DNA from: an uncultured delta proteobacterium
GTDB lineage: Bacteria; Myxococcota_A; Polyangia; Polyangiales; Polyangiaceae
NCBI GenBank assembly: GCA_963787925.1
Contig: CAWBEN010000005.1
Location: 265,651 to 329,650 of the forward strand
Length of the DNA stretch: 64,000 nucleotides
Direction: 5' to 3'
The notes beneath the pieces were generated by a model, which was not told where the DNA came from, did no database searches, and saw nothing but the letters and a program-made list of their open reading frames with translations. The position numbers were made by a program, and so were the translations under genes. Below, in pieces: positions 63,884 through 64,000 of the stretch (positions are counted from its first letter, which is position 1; each line of letters starts with the position of its first letter).

Positions 63884-64000
63884 GGGCGGAGCCGTCCGTG
63901 GCGGCGTGGGGAACATCGATCATCAAAATTTCCTCGAGCGGATACTCATCGGGATCGTCGGCTGCCCACATTTCGCCCTCGCGCCGTTCGTAAAACCGTA
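63873..64000 (-). CDS. 3' end of an unidentified upstream gene of the same operon (5' end off the right edge)
   Basis: Manual translation gives ...RFYERREGEMWAADDPDEYPLEEILMIDVPHAATDGSAHEP*. The stop TGA at 63873..63875 overlaps the TadG-like start region. Confidence 0.3.
   Translation of the reverse strand, partial: RFYERREGEMWAADDPDEYPLEEILMIDVPHAATDGSAHEP

Overview
Very GC-rich chromosomal segment. It looks like a myxobacterium (Myxococcota). That is an inference from many lipobox lipoproteins with Gly/Ser/Ala linkers, an AgmX/PglI-type domain, Cys-rich repeat lipoproteins and an FHA-rich Tad locus. I recognised no rRNA, tRNA, CRISPR array, transposase or integrase.

Gene content, left to right:
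- 1-3.4 kb: partial Omp85/BamA-like gene, a lipoprotein and an AlkP/NPP-family phosphodiesterase.
- 3.6-9.4 kb: hemerythrin, GlsB/YeaQ, Kup, then a translationally coupled sensor-less histidine kinase / KaiC-like double ATPase / receiver module.
- 9.4-13.7 kb: GH28 plus GH78-like glycosidases.
- 13.7-17.1 kb: orphan PilT, a secreted protein and a signal-less NlpC/P60-type protein.
- 17.2-28.1 kb: surface-polysaccharide cluster with a GT4-phosphoglycosyltransferase fusion, a flippase, two Wzy/O-antigen-ligase-like proteins, a GT4 with an unknown C-terminal domain and a B12-radical SAM enzyme.
- 28.2-33.2 kb: MFS exporter, a decayed GH31 gene and a clan GH-A glycosidase.
- 33.4-34.7 kb: small lipoprotein plus a diiron ferritin-like protein.
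- 34.7-37.8 kb: TonB-dependent receptor plus a cupredoxin-like lipoprotein.
- 38.1-42.9 kb: mirrored pair of phosphoesterase and beta-propeller lipoprotein genes.
- 43.1-48.8 kb: ECF sigma/anti-sigma pair flanked by four Cys-rich lipoproteins.
- 48.9-49.9 kb: CHAD protein.
- 50-64 kb: the most interesting part, a 14-gene co-directional Tad/Kil-like envelope machine. It has two CpaF ATPases (one fused to FHA), further FHA proteins, a secretin, CpaB, TadB/C and TadE/G-like pseudopilins. No Flp pilin, prepilin peptidase or TadZ is present in the window.

Caveat: at least six otherwise intact genes carry an apparent single frameshift, and the GH31 gene carries several plus an in-frame TAG. Either the assembly has indel errors or the strain is pseudogenising. 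Start codons are often uncertain. All family calls rest on motif recognition by eye, not on searches.
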